Numbered from the stretch's first letter, positions 35,914-47,108 are shown. The stretch is DNA of 64,000 nucleotides from an uncultured Gammaproteobacteria bacterium (GCA_963779865.1 CAVZZX010000003.1:2252274-2316273), one strand, 5' to 3'. Notes: generated from the letters alone by a model not told the origin. Made by a program: numbers and translations.

Positions 35914-36894
35914 ATGAGCATGACCAATGCCTGTTACGTCTATCCGGGCGCGCCGGCCACACCGGGTCTGGTGACGCCGGACGTGGTGTTTCGCCGCGGC
36001 ATCTACATGAATGGCATCCTCAACCTCGATGACGGCAATGCCGTGACGGTATGGGGGTTCACCGACCTCGACGCCGGGGGCGGGCATGATGGGCGGCGGC
36101 GGCATGGGGGGCCAGTTCCCCTCGCCGGCGATCCGCGTGACCGAAGGGCAGGTGGTCCACACCGAGCTCAGCGGTCAACGGCGACATGTGGCTGCACACG
36201 ATCCACCATCACGGCATCGAGCCGGCCTGGCAGAACGACGGCGTCGGGCACATCTCCTGGGACGTGAACGGGACCTATACCTACCAGTGGCGCCCGCAGC
36301 ACGCCGGCACGTACTTCTACCATTGCCATACCAACACGGTGCTGCACGCGGAGATGGGCATGTACGGGGCGCTGATCGTCGATCCGGCGCCGGACGCCAA
36401 CGGCGTGGTGCGCGCCTTCGCCGGCGGCCCCGCCTACGACGTGGAGGTGGTGTGGGCCTGCGACGAGATCGACTCGTCCTGGCACACGCTGAACTGGGCG
36501 GCGGGCACCTGCGGCGGCGACGTCGGACTGAACGACCTCAATCCCGACTACTTCGTCATCACCGGGGTGGACGGCGCGCAGTCGGCACTGACGGCGCCGG
36601 GCGTGGCGGTGCAGATGAGCCGCGGGCAGACCCTGCTGGCGCGCTACATCTGCGCCGGCTATTACCCGCAGCGCGATCGACTTCGGCGGCCTGACCGCCC
36701 AGGTGATCGCCTCCGACGGGCGACCGCTGCCGCAGGCCTTCTCCGCCACCTCTCTGGAGGCGACTGCCGCCGAGCGCTACGACTGCCTGTTCACGCCCAC
36801 GCAGGCGGGCGAGTACACGGTGTCGGTGGACTTCCTGCACTGGGTGACGGGGGCGGTGCTCGGCACCGCGCGCACGCGCATCACGGTGGTGTGA
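35914..36894 (+). pseudogene. multicopper-oxidase-like protein of about 325 aa, with a Met/Gly-rich segment and HxH plus HCHxxxHxxxxM type-1 copper motifs; three apparent frameshifts
   Basis: The coding pieces run in the frame of 35914..about 36075 (MSMTNACYVYPGAP...), then the frame of the 36086 ORF (GGGMMGGGGMGGQFPSPAIRVTEGQVVHTELSG), then the frame of the 36186 ORF (NGDMWLHTIHHHG...YFYHCHTNTVLHAEMGMYGALIV...), then the frame of the 36703 ORF (AIDFGG...DFLHWVTG..RITVV*). The shifts sit in G-runs and a gcgcg run. Confidence 0.5.
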
Positions 36895-36945
36895 GACGAC
36901 TCCGGGGCCGGCGACCGGCCGGCCCCGCGAACTCCTTGCTGCCGC

Positions 36946-37269
36946 CTACTGGCGCGGTCCCGCGTGCCAGACCCCGGTCGCGGGGCCGGTGCGCTCCTCC
37001 CAGCCCTCGGGCGCGGCGGCGCGCGGCTGCCTGCCCTGCTGCGACTGCTTCGACTGCTCGCCGAGCACGTGCCGCGCCAGGCCGTGGAGCTGATCGAGGA
37101 TATCGTTCTTCTCCTCGGCGCTGGTCGGAAACTGGGCGGTCATCAGCCCCACCACCGCCGCCAGGTACTGCACCGTCACCACCTGGTTGCCGACCGCCTC
37201 CGGCTCGTGCTCCTCGATGAGCTTCTGCACGCCTTCGAGCAGGTCCGGCGTTAGCTTGATATCTGACAC
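36946..37269 (-). CDS. hypothetical small protein of 107 aa, divergent from gor
   Basis: A GTG start is preceded by a GGAGGGAG ribosome-binding site (..ggagggagacgcatccGTGtcagatatcaag on the minus strand). The product reads [70 protein letters not shown]... and no family was recognised. Confidence 0.4.
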   Translation of the reverse strand: MSDIKLTPDLLEGVQKLIEEHEPEAVGNQVVTVQYLAAVVGLMTAQFPTSAEEKNDILDQLHGLARHVLGEQSKQSQQGRQPRAAAPEGWEERTGPATGVWHAGPRQ

Positions 37270-37395
37270 GGATGCGTCTCCCTCCTCTCTGGGCCATTTT
37301 GCACAATGGCGCCTATGGTAACCTTCCCGATAGGGTACACCACAGGGGCCGGCCGCGTCGGCGGCCCCGCCGGGACAACACGAGCAAGGGGACCC

Positions 37396-38748
37396 ATGGA
37401 GCGGCACTACGATCTCATTGCCATCGGCGCCGGCAGCGGCGGGCTCTCGGCCGCCGAACGCGCCGCCGAATACGGCGCGCGCTGCGCCATCGTCGAGCGC
37501 GATGAGCGCCTGGGCGGCACCTGCGTCAACCGCGGCTGCGTCCCCAAGAAGGTCATGTGGTTCGCCGCCGACGTGGCCCACGCGCTCGACTCGGCCTCCG
37601 GCTACGGCTTCACGCTCGGCGAACGCGAGTTCGACTGGGCACACCTGGTGGCCGCGCGCGAGCGCTACATCCAGGGCATCAATGACTGGTACGGCAACTA
37701 TCTCGCCGACTCGAAGATCGATCTCATCCGCGGCAGCGCGCGCTTCGTCGATGCGCACACCCTGGAGGTGGGCGGCGAGCGCTACAGCGCCGACCACATC
37801 GTCATCGCGCCCGGCGGGCAGCCCGACGTCCCCGACGTGCCCGGCGCCGAGCACGGCCTGACCTCCGACGGCTTCTTCGAGCTGGAGGACCAGCCGCGCC
37901 GCGTCGTGGTGGTGGGCGCCGGCTACATCGCCGTGGAGCTCGCCGGCCTGCTCAACGGATTGGGCAGCGAGGTGACCATGCTGCTGCGCCGCGACCACTT
38001 CCTGTCGAGCTTCGACGCCATGCTGCGCGAGACGCTCATGGAGCAGATGGTCATCGACGGCGTGACCATCGTGCCGCGCGTCAGCGTCGAGCGCGTGGAG
38101 CGGGGCGGCGACGGCAAGCTCACCGTACGCTGCCAGGGCGGCGTCGTGCTCGAGCAGCACGACGCGCTGATCTGGGCCATCGGCCGCAGTCCGCTCAGCG
38201 CGGGGCTCGACCTCGCGGCGGCCGGCGTGCACACCGATGCGCAGGGTTTCGTCCCCACCGACGCGTACCAGAACACCAACGTGTCCGGCGTGTATGCCGT
38301 GGGCGACGTCACCGGCCGCGCGCCACTCACGCCCGTGGCCATCGCGGCGGCGCGGCGCCTGGCCGACCGCCTGTTCGACAATCGCCCGGAGCGGCGCCTC
38401 GACTACGAGAACATCCCCACGGTCATCTTCAGCCATCCCCCGATCGGCACCGTGGGCCTCAGCGAGGGCCGTGCCCGCGAGCTGCACGGCGAGGCGGTGA
38501 AGGTCTATCAGACGCGCTTCACGGACATGTACCACTCGCTCGCCGCGCATCAGCAACGCACCGCCATGAAGCTCGTCTGCGTGGGCGCCGAGGAGCGGGT
38601 GGTCGGCTGCCACATCATCGGCAAGGGGGCGGACGAGATGCTGCAGGGCTTCGCTGTCGCCGTGCGCATGGGCGCGACCAAGAAGGATTTCGACAACACC
38701 GTCGCCATCCATCCGACCAGTTCCGAAGAGCTGGTGACGCTTCGCTGA
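37396..38748 (+). CDS. gor: glutathione-disulfide reductase
   Basis: The sequence [34 protein letters not shown]...[13 protein letters not shown] contains the redox-active CxxxxC, and the C-terminal HPT motif is present. Confidence 0.9.
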   Translation: MERHYDLIAIGAGSGGLSAAERAAEYGARCAIVERDERLGGTCVNRGCVPKKVMWFAADVAHALDSASGYGFTLGEREFDWAHLVAARERYIQGINDWYGNYLADSKIDLIRGSARFVDAHTLEVGGERYSADHIVIAPGGQPDVPDVPGAEHGLTSDGFFELEDQPRRVVVVGAGYIAVELAGLLNGLGSEVTMLLRRDHFLSSFDAMLRETLMEQMVIDGVTIVPRVSVERVERGGDGKLTVRCQGGVVLEQHDALIWAIGRSPLSAGLDLAAAGVHTDAQGFVPTDAYQNTNVSGVYAVGDVTGRAPLTPVAIAAARRLADRLFDNRPERRLDYENIPTVIFSHPPIGTVGLSEGRARELHGEAVKVYQTRFTDMYHSLAAHQQRTAMKLVCVGAEERVVGCHIIGKGADEMLQGFAVAVRMGATKKDFDNTVAIHPTSSEELVTLR

Positions 38749-38759
38749 GGCGCCGCGCC

Positions 38760-39842
38760 ATGGCCTATTTCACCAAGCGCTATCACCCGCCCGGCACGCC
38801 GCCGGGGACGCTGGTCGCGGGCGGGGCCCCGCCGGGCCTGCCGCTGCAGCTGCGCGTGGTGGATTATTCGGGCGAGGAGTTCACCGTGCACGAGCTGGCC
38901 AGCGCCGAGGATGCGCGGGGCTATCTGCAGCGCGACACGATCACCTGGGTCGACGTGCAGGGCAGCGTGGCGGCCGACTCCCTGGATCACCTGGGCGAGG
39001 TATTCGGGCTGCACCGTTTGGCGCTGGAGGACGTGGTCAATACCGGCCAGCGTCCCAAGGTCGATGCCTACGAGGGGCAGACCTTCATCGCCATGGCGTT
39101 CCCGGTGTGGAGCGACGGCGCCCTGCATGTCGAGCAGGTGAGCCTGTTCGTGGGGCAGAACTTCCTGATCAGCTTCTACAGCGGCCTCGGCGATCCCTTC
39201 GCCCCGGTGCGCCAGCGCCTGCAGGGCAACGCCAACCGCGTGCGGCGGCGGCCCATCGACTATCTACTCTATGCGCTGATCGACCTGACCATCGATCAGG
39301 GCTTTCCGGTGCTGGAGCGCTTCGGCGACGCGCTCGAGGCCCTCGAGGAAGAGGTGCTCACGCAGCCGGACCGAGGCACGCTGTCGCGCATTCACGAGCT
39401 GCGCCGCGAGCTGGTGCTGCTGCGCAAGGTGCTGTGGCCGCAGCGCGAGGTCGTCAACGTGCTGCTGCGCGACGACGTGGGAATGATCGCGCGCGAGACG
39501 CACCTGTACCTGCGCGACTGCTACGACCATGCCGTGCAGATCATCGACCTCATCGAGACCTACCGCGAGGTCACCACCGGCCTGCTCGACGTCTACCTGT
39601 CCAGCATCAGCAACCGCACCAACGAGGTCATGCGGGTGCTCACCATCATCGCCACCATCTTCATTCCGCTGACCTTCATCGTCGGCGTGTACGGCATGAA
39701 CTTCGGCAGCCGCAGCGAGCACCCGAGCCCCTGGGCCATGCCCGAGCTGGACTGGGCCTACGGCTATCCGATGATCTGGCTGGTGATGGTCGCGCTGGCC
39801 CTGGGTATGCTGGTGTACTTCAAGCGCAAAGACTGGATGTAG
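38760..39842 (+). CDS. corA: magnesium/cobalt transporter CorA
   Basis: The C-terminal region has two transmembrane helices and the YGMNF signature. Confidence 0.9.
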   Translation: MAYFTKRYHPPGTPPGTLVAGGAPPGLPLQLRVVDYSGEEFTVHELASAEDARGYLQRDTITWVDVQGSVAADSLDHLGEVFGLHRLALEDVVNTGQRPKVDAYEGQTFIAMAFPVWSDGALHVEQVSLFVGQNFLISFYSGLGDPFAPVRQRLQGNANRVRRRPIDYLLYALIDLTIDQGFPVLERFGDALEALEEEVLTQPDRGTLSRIHELRRELVLLRKVLWPQREVVNVLLRDDVGMIARETHLYLRDCYDHAVQIIDLIETYREVTTGLLDVYLSSISNRTNEVMRVLTIIATIFIPLTFIVGVYGMNFGSRSEHPSPWAMPELDWAYGYPMIWLVMVALALGMLVYFKRKDWM

Positions 39843-39861
39843 GCACGAGGAGATATCGCAG

Positions 39862-40395
39862 GTGCGAACCAGACGCTTTGAGGATCATGCGCCGGAGGTC
39901 GGCGCCAACGTGTTCATCGACGACAGCGCCGTCGTGCTGGGGCAGGTGACGATCGGCGAGGACAGCTCGGTGTGGCCGCACTGCACCCTGCGCGGCGACG
40001 TGAACACCATCACCATCGGCCGGCGCACCAACGTCCAGGACGGCTCGGTCTTCCACACCACTGGCGACAGCCCGCATCATCCCGGCGGCTCGGCCCTGCT
40101 GGTCGGCGAGGAGGTGACGGTCGGCCATCGCGTGATCCTGCACGGCTGCACCGTAGGGGATCGCTGCCTGATCGGCATGGGCGCCATCGTGCTCGACGGC
40201 GCCGTGCTGGGCGAGGGCGTGCTGCTGGGGGCCGGCAGCCTGGTGCCGCCGGGGCGTGAGCTCGAGGGCGGCTATCTCTGGCTGGGCAGCCCGGTGCGCC
40301 GGGTGCGCGCGCTCACCGAGCAGGAGCGCGCGGCCCTGGTGGAGTCGGCCGACCACTACGTGCGGCTGAAGGACCGCCACCTGAAGTCGCTGTGA
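39862..40395 (+). CDS. gamma-carbonic-anhydrase-family protein (hexapeptide repeat; YrdA/PaaY-like)
   Basis: The left-handed beta-helix repeats are visible in ANVFIDDSAVVLGQVTIGEDSSVWPHCTLRGD...HRVILHGCTVGDRCLIGMGAIVLDGA. A GTG start is preceded by an AGGAG ribosome-binding site. Confidence 0.8.
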   Translation: MRTRRFEDHAPEVGANVFIDDSAVVLGQVTIGEDSSVWPHCTLRGDVNTITIGRRTNVQDGSVFHTTGDSPHHPGGSALLVGEEVTVGHRVILHGCTVGDRCLIGMGAIVLDGAVLGEGVLLGAGSLVPPGRELEGGYLWLGSPVRRVRALTEQERAALVESADHYVRLKDRHLKSL

Positions 40396-40435
40396 GCGGC
40401 GGCCCGCGCGCCCGGCACCGCCTGCGCGCCCCGGC

Positions 40436-41284
40436 CTAGGCGCGCATCTCCGCGCGCAGCGCCGCGATCACCGGCGCCGTCTGCGGCCGCACCCCACGCC
40501 AGACGTGGAACGACTCGGCCGCCTGCTCCACCAGCATGCCGAGCCCGTCCACCGCCTGCGCGGCGCCCTGCGCCCGGGCCCATGCCACGAACGCGGTGGG
40601 CGCCGCCGCGTACATCATGTCGTAGCAAAAGGCATCGGGCGCGAGCACGCGCTCGGGCACGTCCGGCACGCGGCCGTCCAGGCTGGCGGCAGTGGCGTTG
40701 ATGACCACATCGAACTGCATCCCGGCCAGCGCCTCGAAGCCGCAACCCTCCACCGGGCCGAGGTCGCCGAAGGCGGCGGCCAGCTCGCGCGCCTTCTCGG
40801 GCGTGCGGTTGGCGATGAGCAGCCGGGCCGGCGCGCGCTCGAGCAGCGGTGCGAGCACCCCGCGCGCGGCACCGCCGGCGCCGAGCAGCAGCACGCGCCG
40901 GCCGCTCAGGCCCACGCCATGGTTGGCCAGGTCGGCCACCAGCCCCACGCCGTCGGTGTTGTCGCCGACGCGGCGCCCGTCCTCCAGCGCGATGGTGTTC
41001 ACCGCGCCGGCCCGGGCGGCGCGCGCACTGCGCGCGTCCATCAGGTCGAAGGCGTCCTGCTTGAAGGGGACGGTGACGTTCAGGCCCTTGCCGCCGGCCA
41101 CCTCGAAATTACCCACCGCCTGGGGGAAACCGCCGATATCCACCTGGATGGCGCGGTACTCCATGCGTTGGCCGGTCTGCTCGGCGAACAGCGTGTGGAT
41201 GCGCGGGGACTTGGAATGGGCGATGGGGTTGCCCATCACCGCGTAGAGATCGATACGCGGTCCGAAATCGAAGATGTCCGCCAT
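40436..41284 (-). CDS. aroE: shikimate dehydrogenase
   Basis: The sequence MADIFDFGPRIDLYAVMGNPIAHSKSPRIHTLFAEQTG matches the AroE N-terminus and the GAGGAARGV NADP-binding motif is present. A GGAGG ribosome-binding site lies 7 nt upstream of the ATG at 41284. Confidence 0.85.
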   Translation of the reverse strand: MADIFDFGPRIDLYAVMGNPIAHSKSPRIHTLFAEQTGQRMEYRAIQVDIGGFPQAVGNFEVAGGKGLNVTVPFKQDAFDLMDARSARAARAGAVNTIALEDGRRVGDNTDGVGLVADLANHGVGLSGRRVLLLGAGGAARGVLAPLLERAPARLLIANRTPEKARELAAAFGDLGPVEGCGFEALAGMQFDVVINATAASLDGRVPDVPERVLAPDAFCYDMMYAAAPTAFVAWARAQGAAQAVDGLGMLVEQAAESFHVWRGVRPQTAPVIAALRAEMRA

Positions 41285-41616
41285 GAATGCGCCTCCGCCG
41301 CAGAGGCTCCCCGCCGGACGGGAAGCCGGTTTTGCTGCGCGCATTATAGAGACGCGCCCCGCCGACCCCAATGCCGCGCTGCACCATCGGCGGGCAACGC
41401 TTGCCGTGTCTGCCCCAGGGTGTGGCGGCCGGTGCAGCGGCGGGCCTTCCAAGGCACTGAAAAACAAAGGCCCGCCCTCTGGCACGTTCCCTGCTCAAGC
41501 CCTTGCGAGGATGGCCCCGGCCATCGTCGACTCTCCTCTGGTCCTTGGGGGTGCCCCGTTGGCGCCCCCCTTTTTTCGACCGGACCACCACGGCAGGGAG
41601 GTGTCGGGTGTCGAAC

Positions 41617-42585
41617 ATGAGCCACATCAGCGTCATCGAGCGCTATCACGAGCTGCGCGAGGCCATCGACGAGCTCCTCGCCTCGCTGCTGGCCGGGGTC
41701 GCCGAGGCACGGCTCATCGAGGACCCCGCGAACCTCCGCCGCGCCGTGGCCTGGCTGTCACGGCATTACCCGTTTGTCGACATCCTCTTCACCCTGGATG
41801 CCGCCGGCCTGCAGACCAGCGACAACGTGGCTGCGGCGCGCGATGGCAGCCGCGAGCTGGCGCCCGCCCAGGGCAAGGACCGCAGCCAACGGCCGTACTT
41901 CCGCCTGGCGCGGGAGGCCGCGACGGTGGTGGTGACCGCCCCCTACCTGTCCAGCGCCAATCACAAGCTATGCCTCTCGGCCGCCCAGCGGCTCGCCGAC
42001 GCGGCAGGCGCCCCCCTGGGCTATGTGGTGCTCGACGTGGATCTGGCCGAGACGGTCGGCTTTCTCATGGGCGACACCCTGCGACGCCGCGTGCAGCCGC
42101 TGTTCAAGGCGATCTACAGCCTGATCGCCGCCGGCCTGTTCGCGGTGGTCGGCGTGCTGATGTACGCGGGCTTCAGCGAGATCCTGTCCCTCTTCCAGCC
42201 GGGCGGCACCGCCGACCTGCACCTCAAGCCCTTCGGGGTCATCGTCTTTCTCACCCTGGCACTGGCCGTGTTTGACCTGGGCAAGACCACCCTCGAGGAG
42301 GAGGTCCTGATGCACAAGGACATCTTCCGGCACAGCTCCACCCGGCGCACTATCACGCGCTTTATCGCCGCCATTCTCATCGCGGTGTCGATCGAGTCGC
42401 TGCTGCTGATGTTCAAGTCGGTGCTCGGCGACGGCAGCCATCTGTTCCGCGCGGTGGCGATGATGGGGACGGCCATCGGCCTGCTCATCGGGCTGGGGCT
42501 GTACGTCTACCTGGGCGCGCGGGCCGAGGCGATCCTCTTGAACTCTCGGCATGATTTCCCCGGTCTGCGGCAAGAGTCGTCCTGA
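41617..42585 (+). CDS. hypothetical membrane protein with an N-terminal soluble, sensor-like domain and at least 4 C-terminal transmembrane helices
   Basis: The protein begins MSHISVIERYHELREAIDELLASLLAG. The central part resembles a Cache/PDC-like domain. Hydrophobic segments include IYSLIAAGLFAVVGVLMYAGF, FGVIVFLTLALAVF, FIAAILIAVSIESLLLMF and MGTAIGLLIGLGLYVYL. No output domain was found. Confidence 0.55.
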   Translation: MSHISVIERYHELREAIDELLASLLAGVAEARLIEDPANLRRAVAWLSRHYPFVDILFTLDAAGLQTSDNVAAARDGSRELAPAQGKDRSQRPYFRLAREAATVVVTAPYLSSANHKLCLSAAQRLADAAGAPLGYVVLDVDLAETVGFLMGDTLRRRVQPLFKAIYSLIAAGLFAVVGVLMYAGFSEILSLFQPGGTADLHLKPFGVIVFLTLALAVFDLGKTTLEEEVLMHKDIFRHSSTRRTITRFIAAILIAVSIESLLLMFKSVLGDGSHLFRAVAMMGTAIGLLIGLGLYVYLGARAEAILLNSRHDFPGLRQESS

Positions 42586-42671
42586 CGGCATCCGTCGCGA
42601 TTGACAATCATTATCATTCGCATTAGTCTCATCCATAGAGCAAGGAAACCAGCCTGAGGACGAGACCAGCC

Positions 42672-42875
42672 ATGTACGTCTGTCTATGCCGCGGCGTCAC
42701 CGACCGGGAAATCCGCAACGAGGTGGACAAGGGCGCCACACACCTGCGCGACCTGCGCCGGGAGCTGGGCGTGGCCACCGAATGCGGCCGCTGCGCCAGC
42801 TGTGCCCGCACGGTGCTCAAGGAGGCACTGGCCGAGCAGCGCGCCGCCGAAACCCTCCTGCCGATCAGCGCCTGA
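42672..42875 (+). CDS. bfd: bacterioferritin-associated ferredoxin
   Basis: [15 protein letters not shown]...CGRCASC gives the four-Cys [2Fe-2S] BFD motif. Confidence 0.8.
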   Translation: MYVCLCRGVTDREIRNEVDKGATHLRDLRRELGVATECGRCASCARTVLKEALAEQRAAETLLPISA

Positions 42876-42960
42876 CGCACGGCGCACCCGCCCACGCCCC
42901 CGGCTCCGCACGTGGGCTATGCTTGCGGGGTCGCGTTTTTACTCCAGGGGAGAGTCGAGA

Positions 42961-43425
42961 ATGCAAGGGGACAAGAAAGTCATCGACTATCTCAACCGGG
43001 CGCTCACCAACGAGCTCACCGCCATCAACCAGTACTTCCTGCACGCCCGCATGTTCCGCAATTGGGGGCTGCACAAGCTCGACGAGAAGGAATACGAGGA
43101 GTCGATCGACGAGATGAAGCACGCCGATCGGCTCATCGAGCGCATCCTCTTTCTGGAGGGGCTGCCCAATCTGCAGAATCTGGGCAAGCTGCTGGTCGGC
43201 GAGAACACCCGCGAGGTGCTCGAGTGCGACCTCAAGCTCGAGCGGGACGGCGTGCCGCTGCTGCGCGAGGCAATCGCCCATTGCGAGACGGTCGCGGACT
43301 ACACCTCGCGCGGGCTGTTCAGCGACATCCTCGCGAGCGAGGAGGAGCACATCGATTGGCTGGAGACCCAGCTCGACCTGATCGGCCGGGTGGGCATCGA
43401 GAATTACCAACAGTCGATGATGTAG
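42961..43425 (+). CDS. bfr: bacterioferritin
   Basis: The sequence [36 protein letters not shown] has the haem-binding Met and the ferroxidase E/H ligands. Confidence 0.9.
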   Translation: MQGDKKVIDYLNRALTNELTAINQYFLHARMFRNWGLHKLDEKEYEESIDEMKHADRLIERILFLEGLPNLQNLGKLLVGENTREVLECDLKLERDGVPLLREAIAHCETVADYTSRGLFSDILASEEEHIDWLETQLDLIGRVGIENYQQSMM

Positions 43426-43430
43426 CCCCG

Positions 43431-43450
43431 CCCCGGCCGGCCGGCCGGGG
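43431..43450. terminator. perfect 20-nt GC palindrome between convergent bfr and hemB; likely bidirectional terminator
   Basis: CCCCGGCCGGCCGGCCGGGG starts 6 nt after the bfr stop and 4 nt before the hemB stop. Confidence 0.5.
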
Positions 43451-43453
43451 CGC

Positions 43454-44653
<1,200 letters not shown>

Positions 44654-44701
44654 TCACCTCAGGGAACGATCAGCAGACAAGGACGCCACGGAGAGAAGGC
44701 A

Positions 44702-45361
44702 ATGACGCCCACTGGCTTGACTCGCCCCTTCGCACTCCTCGCGCTGTGGGCCGCCCTGGCGCTGCCGGTCCACGCAGCGAGCGAAGCGCCCGTTTCGCCG
44801 CCCGACCGCATGCTCCAGCAGACCGCGCACGAGATGTTCGCCGCCCTGGACGCGAACCGGGCCCGTCTCCAGGCCGACCCGCGGGCGATCTACGGCATCG
44901 TCGAACAGATCCTGGTGCCGCACGTGGATCTCCGGCATGCCTGCCGTTGGGTGCTCGGCACGCACTGGCGCAGCGCCAGCCCCGAACAGCGGCGCCGATT
45001 CACCGAGGAGTTCCGCACCCACCTGATCCGCTTTTACTCGCACGCCCTGGTCAACTACATGAACCTCAGCGGCGATGTCGACGAAGACATCATCGCCTTC
45101 CAGCCCAGCCCCCGGGTGACCGCGCAGAGCCTCGCGCACGCCGATGCCACGGTACGCACCACGGTGCAGCGCCGCGAGGGGCCGCCCGTGCCGGTGAACT
45201 ACCGCCTGCATCGGGTGGACGGCGCCTGGCAGGTCTACGACGTCGTGCTCAACGGCGTGAGCGTAGTGAGCGCCTACCGCTCGGTATTGTCCTCGCAGGT
45301 CGACCGGCGCGGCCTCGATGCCGTCATCCGGGAGCTGGTCGAGCGCAATCGGCGCCTCTAG
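44702..45361 (+). CDS. MlaC/Ttg2D-family periplasmic lipid-binding protein, paralogue 1
   Basis: A signal peptide (LALWAALALPVHA) is followed by the conserved blocks ILVPHVDLRHACRWVLGTHWRSASPEQRRRFTEEFRTHLIRFYS and WQVYDVVLNGVSVVSAYRS. Confidence 0.65.
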   Translation: MTPTGLTRPFALLALWAALALPVHAASEAPVSPPDRMLQQTAHEMFAALDANRARLQADPRAIYGIVEQILVPHVDLRHACRWVLGTHWRSASPEQRRRFTEEFRTHLIRFYSHALVNYMNLSGDVDEDIIAFQPSPRVTAQSLAHADATVRTTVQRREGPPVPVNYRLHRVDGAWQVYDVVLNGVSVVSAYRSVLSSQVDRRGLDAVIRELVERNRRL

Positions 45362-45445
45362 CGCCCGCCAGCGCCGCGCGGCACTACCCGCCGGTGCGGT
45401 GGAGCGGCTAAGATGTGCGCACACTCCAGAGCAGGATCCCGGCCA

Positions 45446-46126
45446 ATGACCCGACTCGCCGCATTCCATTCGTCCGCGCGCGCCTGGCGCTGGCTGACGC
45501 TGGTGCTCACCCTGGCGCTGCTGCCCGGCGCCTGGGCCGAGGGCTCGACAAACGGCCCGCGCCAGATCCTCGAGAGCACGCTCGACCAGATGATCGGCGC
45601 CCTGCGCGACCACCGCGCCGAACTGCAGAAGAACCCCGACCTCATCTACCCGATCGTGCGCCGCATCCTGGTGCCCCAGGTGGATTTCCAACGCGCCTCG
45701 CACTGGGTGCTGGGTCGCTACTGGCGCAGCGCCTCCCCGGACCAGCAGCGGCGATTCATCGACGAATTCCGCAAGCTGCTGATCCGCTTCTACTCCACCG
45801 CGCTGGCGGAATACATCACCAAGAACGAGGTCCCCGACCCCGACATCATCCGCTTTCTGCCCGTGCGCGCGGCCCCCGATGAGAAGGACGTCACCGTGCG
45901 CTCGGAGGTCCGCCAGCCCGGCGGCAGCAGCATCCCGGTGCAGTATCAGATGTACCACACTGCCGACGGCTGGAAGGTCTATGACGTGAGCGTGCAGGGC
46001 ATCAGCATGGTGGTGAGCTACCGCTCCAGCTTCGCCGACGAGATCCGCCGCGGCGGTCTGGACGGGTTGATCCAAACCCTCCAGAAACGCAACCAGGACC
46101 TGGCGGCGAAGTCCGGTACCGGCTGA
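45446..46126 (+). CDS. MlaC/Ttg2D-family periplasmic lipid-binding protein, paralogue 2
   Basis: A signal peptide is followed by ILVPQVDFQRASHWVLGRYWRSASPDQQRRFIDEFRKLLIRFYS and WKVYDVSVQGISMVVSYRS, which are about 55% identical to paralogue 1. Confidence 0.65.
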   Translation: MTRLAAFHSSARAWRWLTLVLTLALLPGAWAEGSTNGPRQILESTLDQMIGALRDHRAELQKNPDLIYPIVRRILVPQVDFQRASHWVLGRYWRSASPDQQRRFIDEFRKLLIRFYSTALAEYITKNEVPDPDIIRFLPVRAAPDEKDVTVRSEVRQPGGSSIPVQYQMYHTADGWKVYDVSVQGISMVVSYRSSFADEIRRGGLDGLIQTLQKRNQDLAAKSGTG

Positions 46127-46166
46127 GGCGCTGGCCGGGCCGGCCGCGGGTCTTTACAATCGGCGC

Positions 46167-47108
46167 ATGCCCGTTTTCCGTCTGATCGCCAGCGGCCTGG
46201 CCCCCCTGACGCTGCTCGGCGCCGTGCTCGCCTACCTGCATCCCGAGTGGTTCATGGTGTTCGGCGCGCTGTTCAAGTGGCTGTTCGCCGCCACCATGCT
46301 CGCACTGGGCCTCGTGCTGCAGCCTGAGGACCTGAACGCCACCCTGGCGCGTCCCGGGCGCATCGCCGCCGGCGTGGCCACCCAGTTCACCGTGATGCCG
46401 CTGCTCGGGTTTGCGATCGCCTACTTCGGCGGCTTGTCGCCGGCGCTCGCGCTGGGCTTCGTGGTCGTGGCCTGCGCCCCGGGGGCCATGGCGAGCAACG
46501 TCATCGTCTATCTGGCGGGCGGCGCCGTGGCCTACTCGGTGGCGCTCACCACGGCGGCCACGCTGTTGGCGCCCCTGCTGACCCCCACCCTGGTGGAATG
46601 GATCGGCGGGGTATTCCTGCCCATCCCCTTCTGGCCCATGGTGCAGACCATCGTGCTGATTGTCGTGCTGCCACTCCTGGGGGGCATGCTGCTGCGGCGC
46701 CGCCTCGGGCGCGCACGCGCGGCCGCCGAGGCCCTGGCCCCCGCCGTGGCCACGCTGGCCATCGTGGTGATCTGCAGCTACGCCGTGGCGGCCAACCAGG
46801 CCCGCATCGCCGAGGTGGGCGCGCGGCTGTTCCTCTACGTGGTGGCCCTCAACGCGGCCGGCTACGCGAGCGGCTGGCTGCTCGCCCGGCTGTACGGCTT
46901 CGACCACCGCCACCGGCTGACCCTGGCCATCGAGATCGGCATGCAAAATGCCGGGCTGGGCGTGGTGCTCGCCCTGGAGCACTTTGCCGACCGGCCCGAG
47001 ACGGCGCTCCCCGGCGCCCTGTTCGCCGTCTGGTGCATCCTCACCTCGGCCGGGGCCACCACCTGGCTGCGCCGCGCCCGCAGCCGTGCCGAGTTGGCCG
47101 TCAGCTGA
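46167..47108 (+). CDS. bile acid:sodium symporter (BASS) family transporter
   Basis: The protein has about 9 transmembrane segments and shows BASS-family similarity throughout. Confidence 0.75.
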   Translation: MPVFRLIASGLAPLTLLGAVLAYLHPEWFMVFGALFKWLFAATMLALGLVLQPEDLNATLARPGRIAAGVATQFTVMPLLGFAIAYFGGLSPALALGFVVVACAPGAMASNVIVYLAGGAVAYSVALTTAATLLAPLLTPTLVEWIGGVFLPIPFWPMVQTIVLIVVLPLLGGMLLRRRLGRARAAAEALAPAVATLAIVVICSYAVAANQARIAEVGARLFLYVVALNAAGYASGWLLARLYGFDHRHRLTLAIEIGMQNAGLGVVLALEHFADRPETALPGALFAVWCILTSAGATTWLRRARSRAELAVS

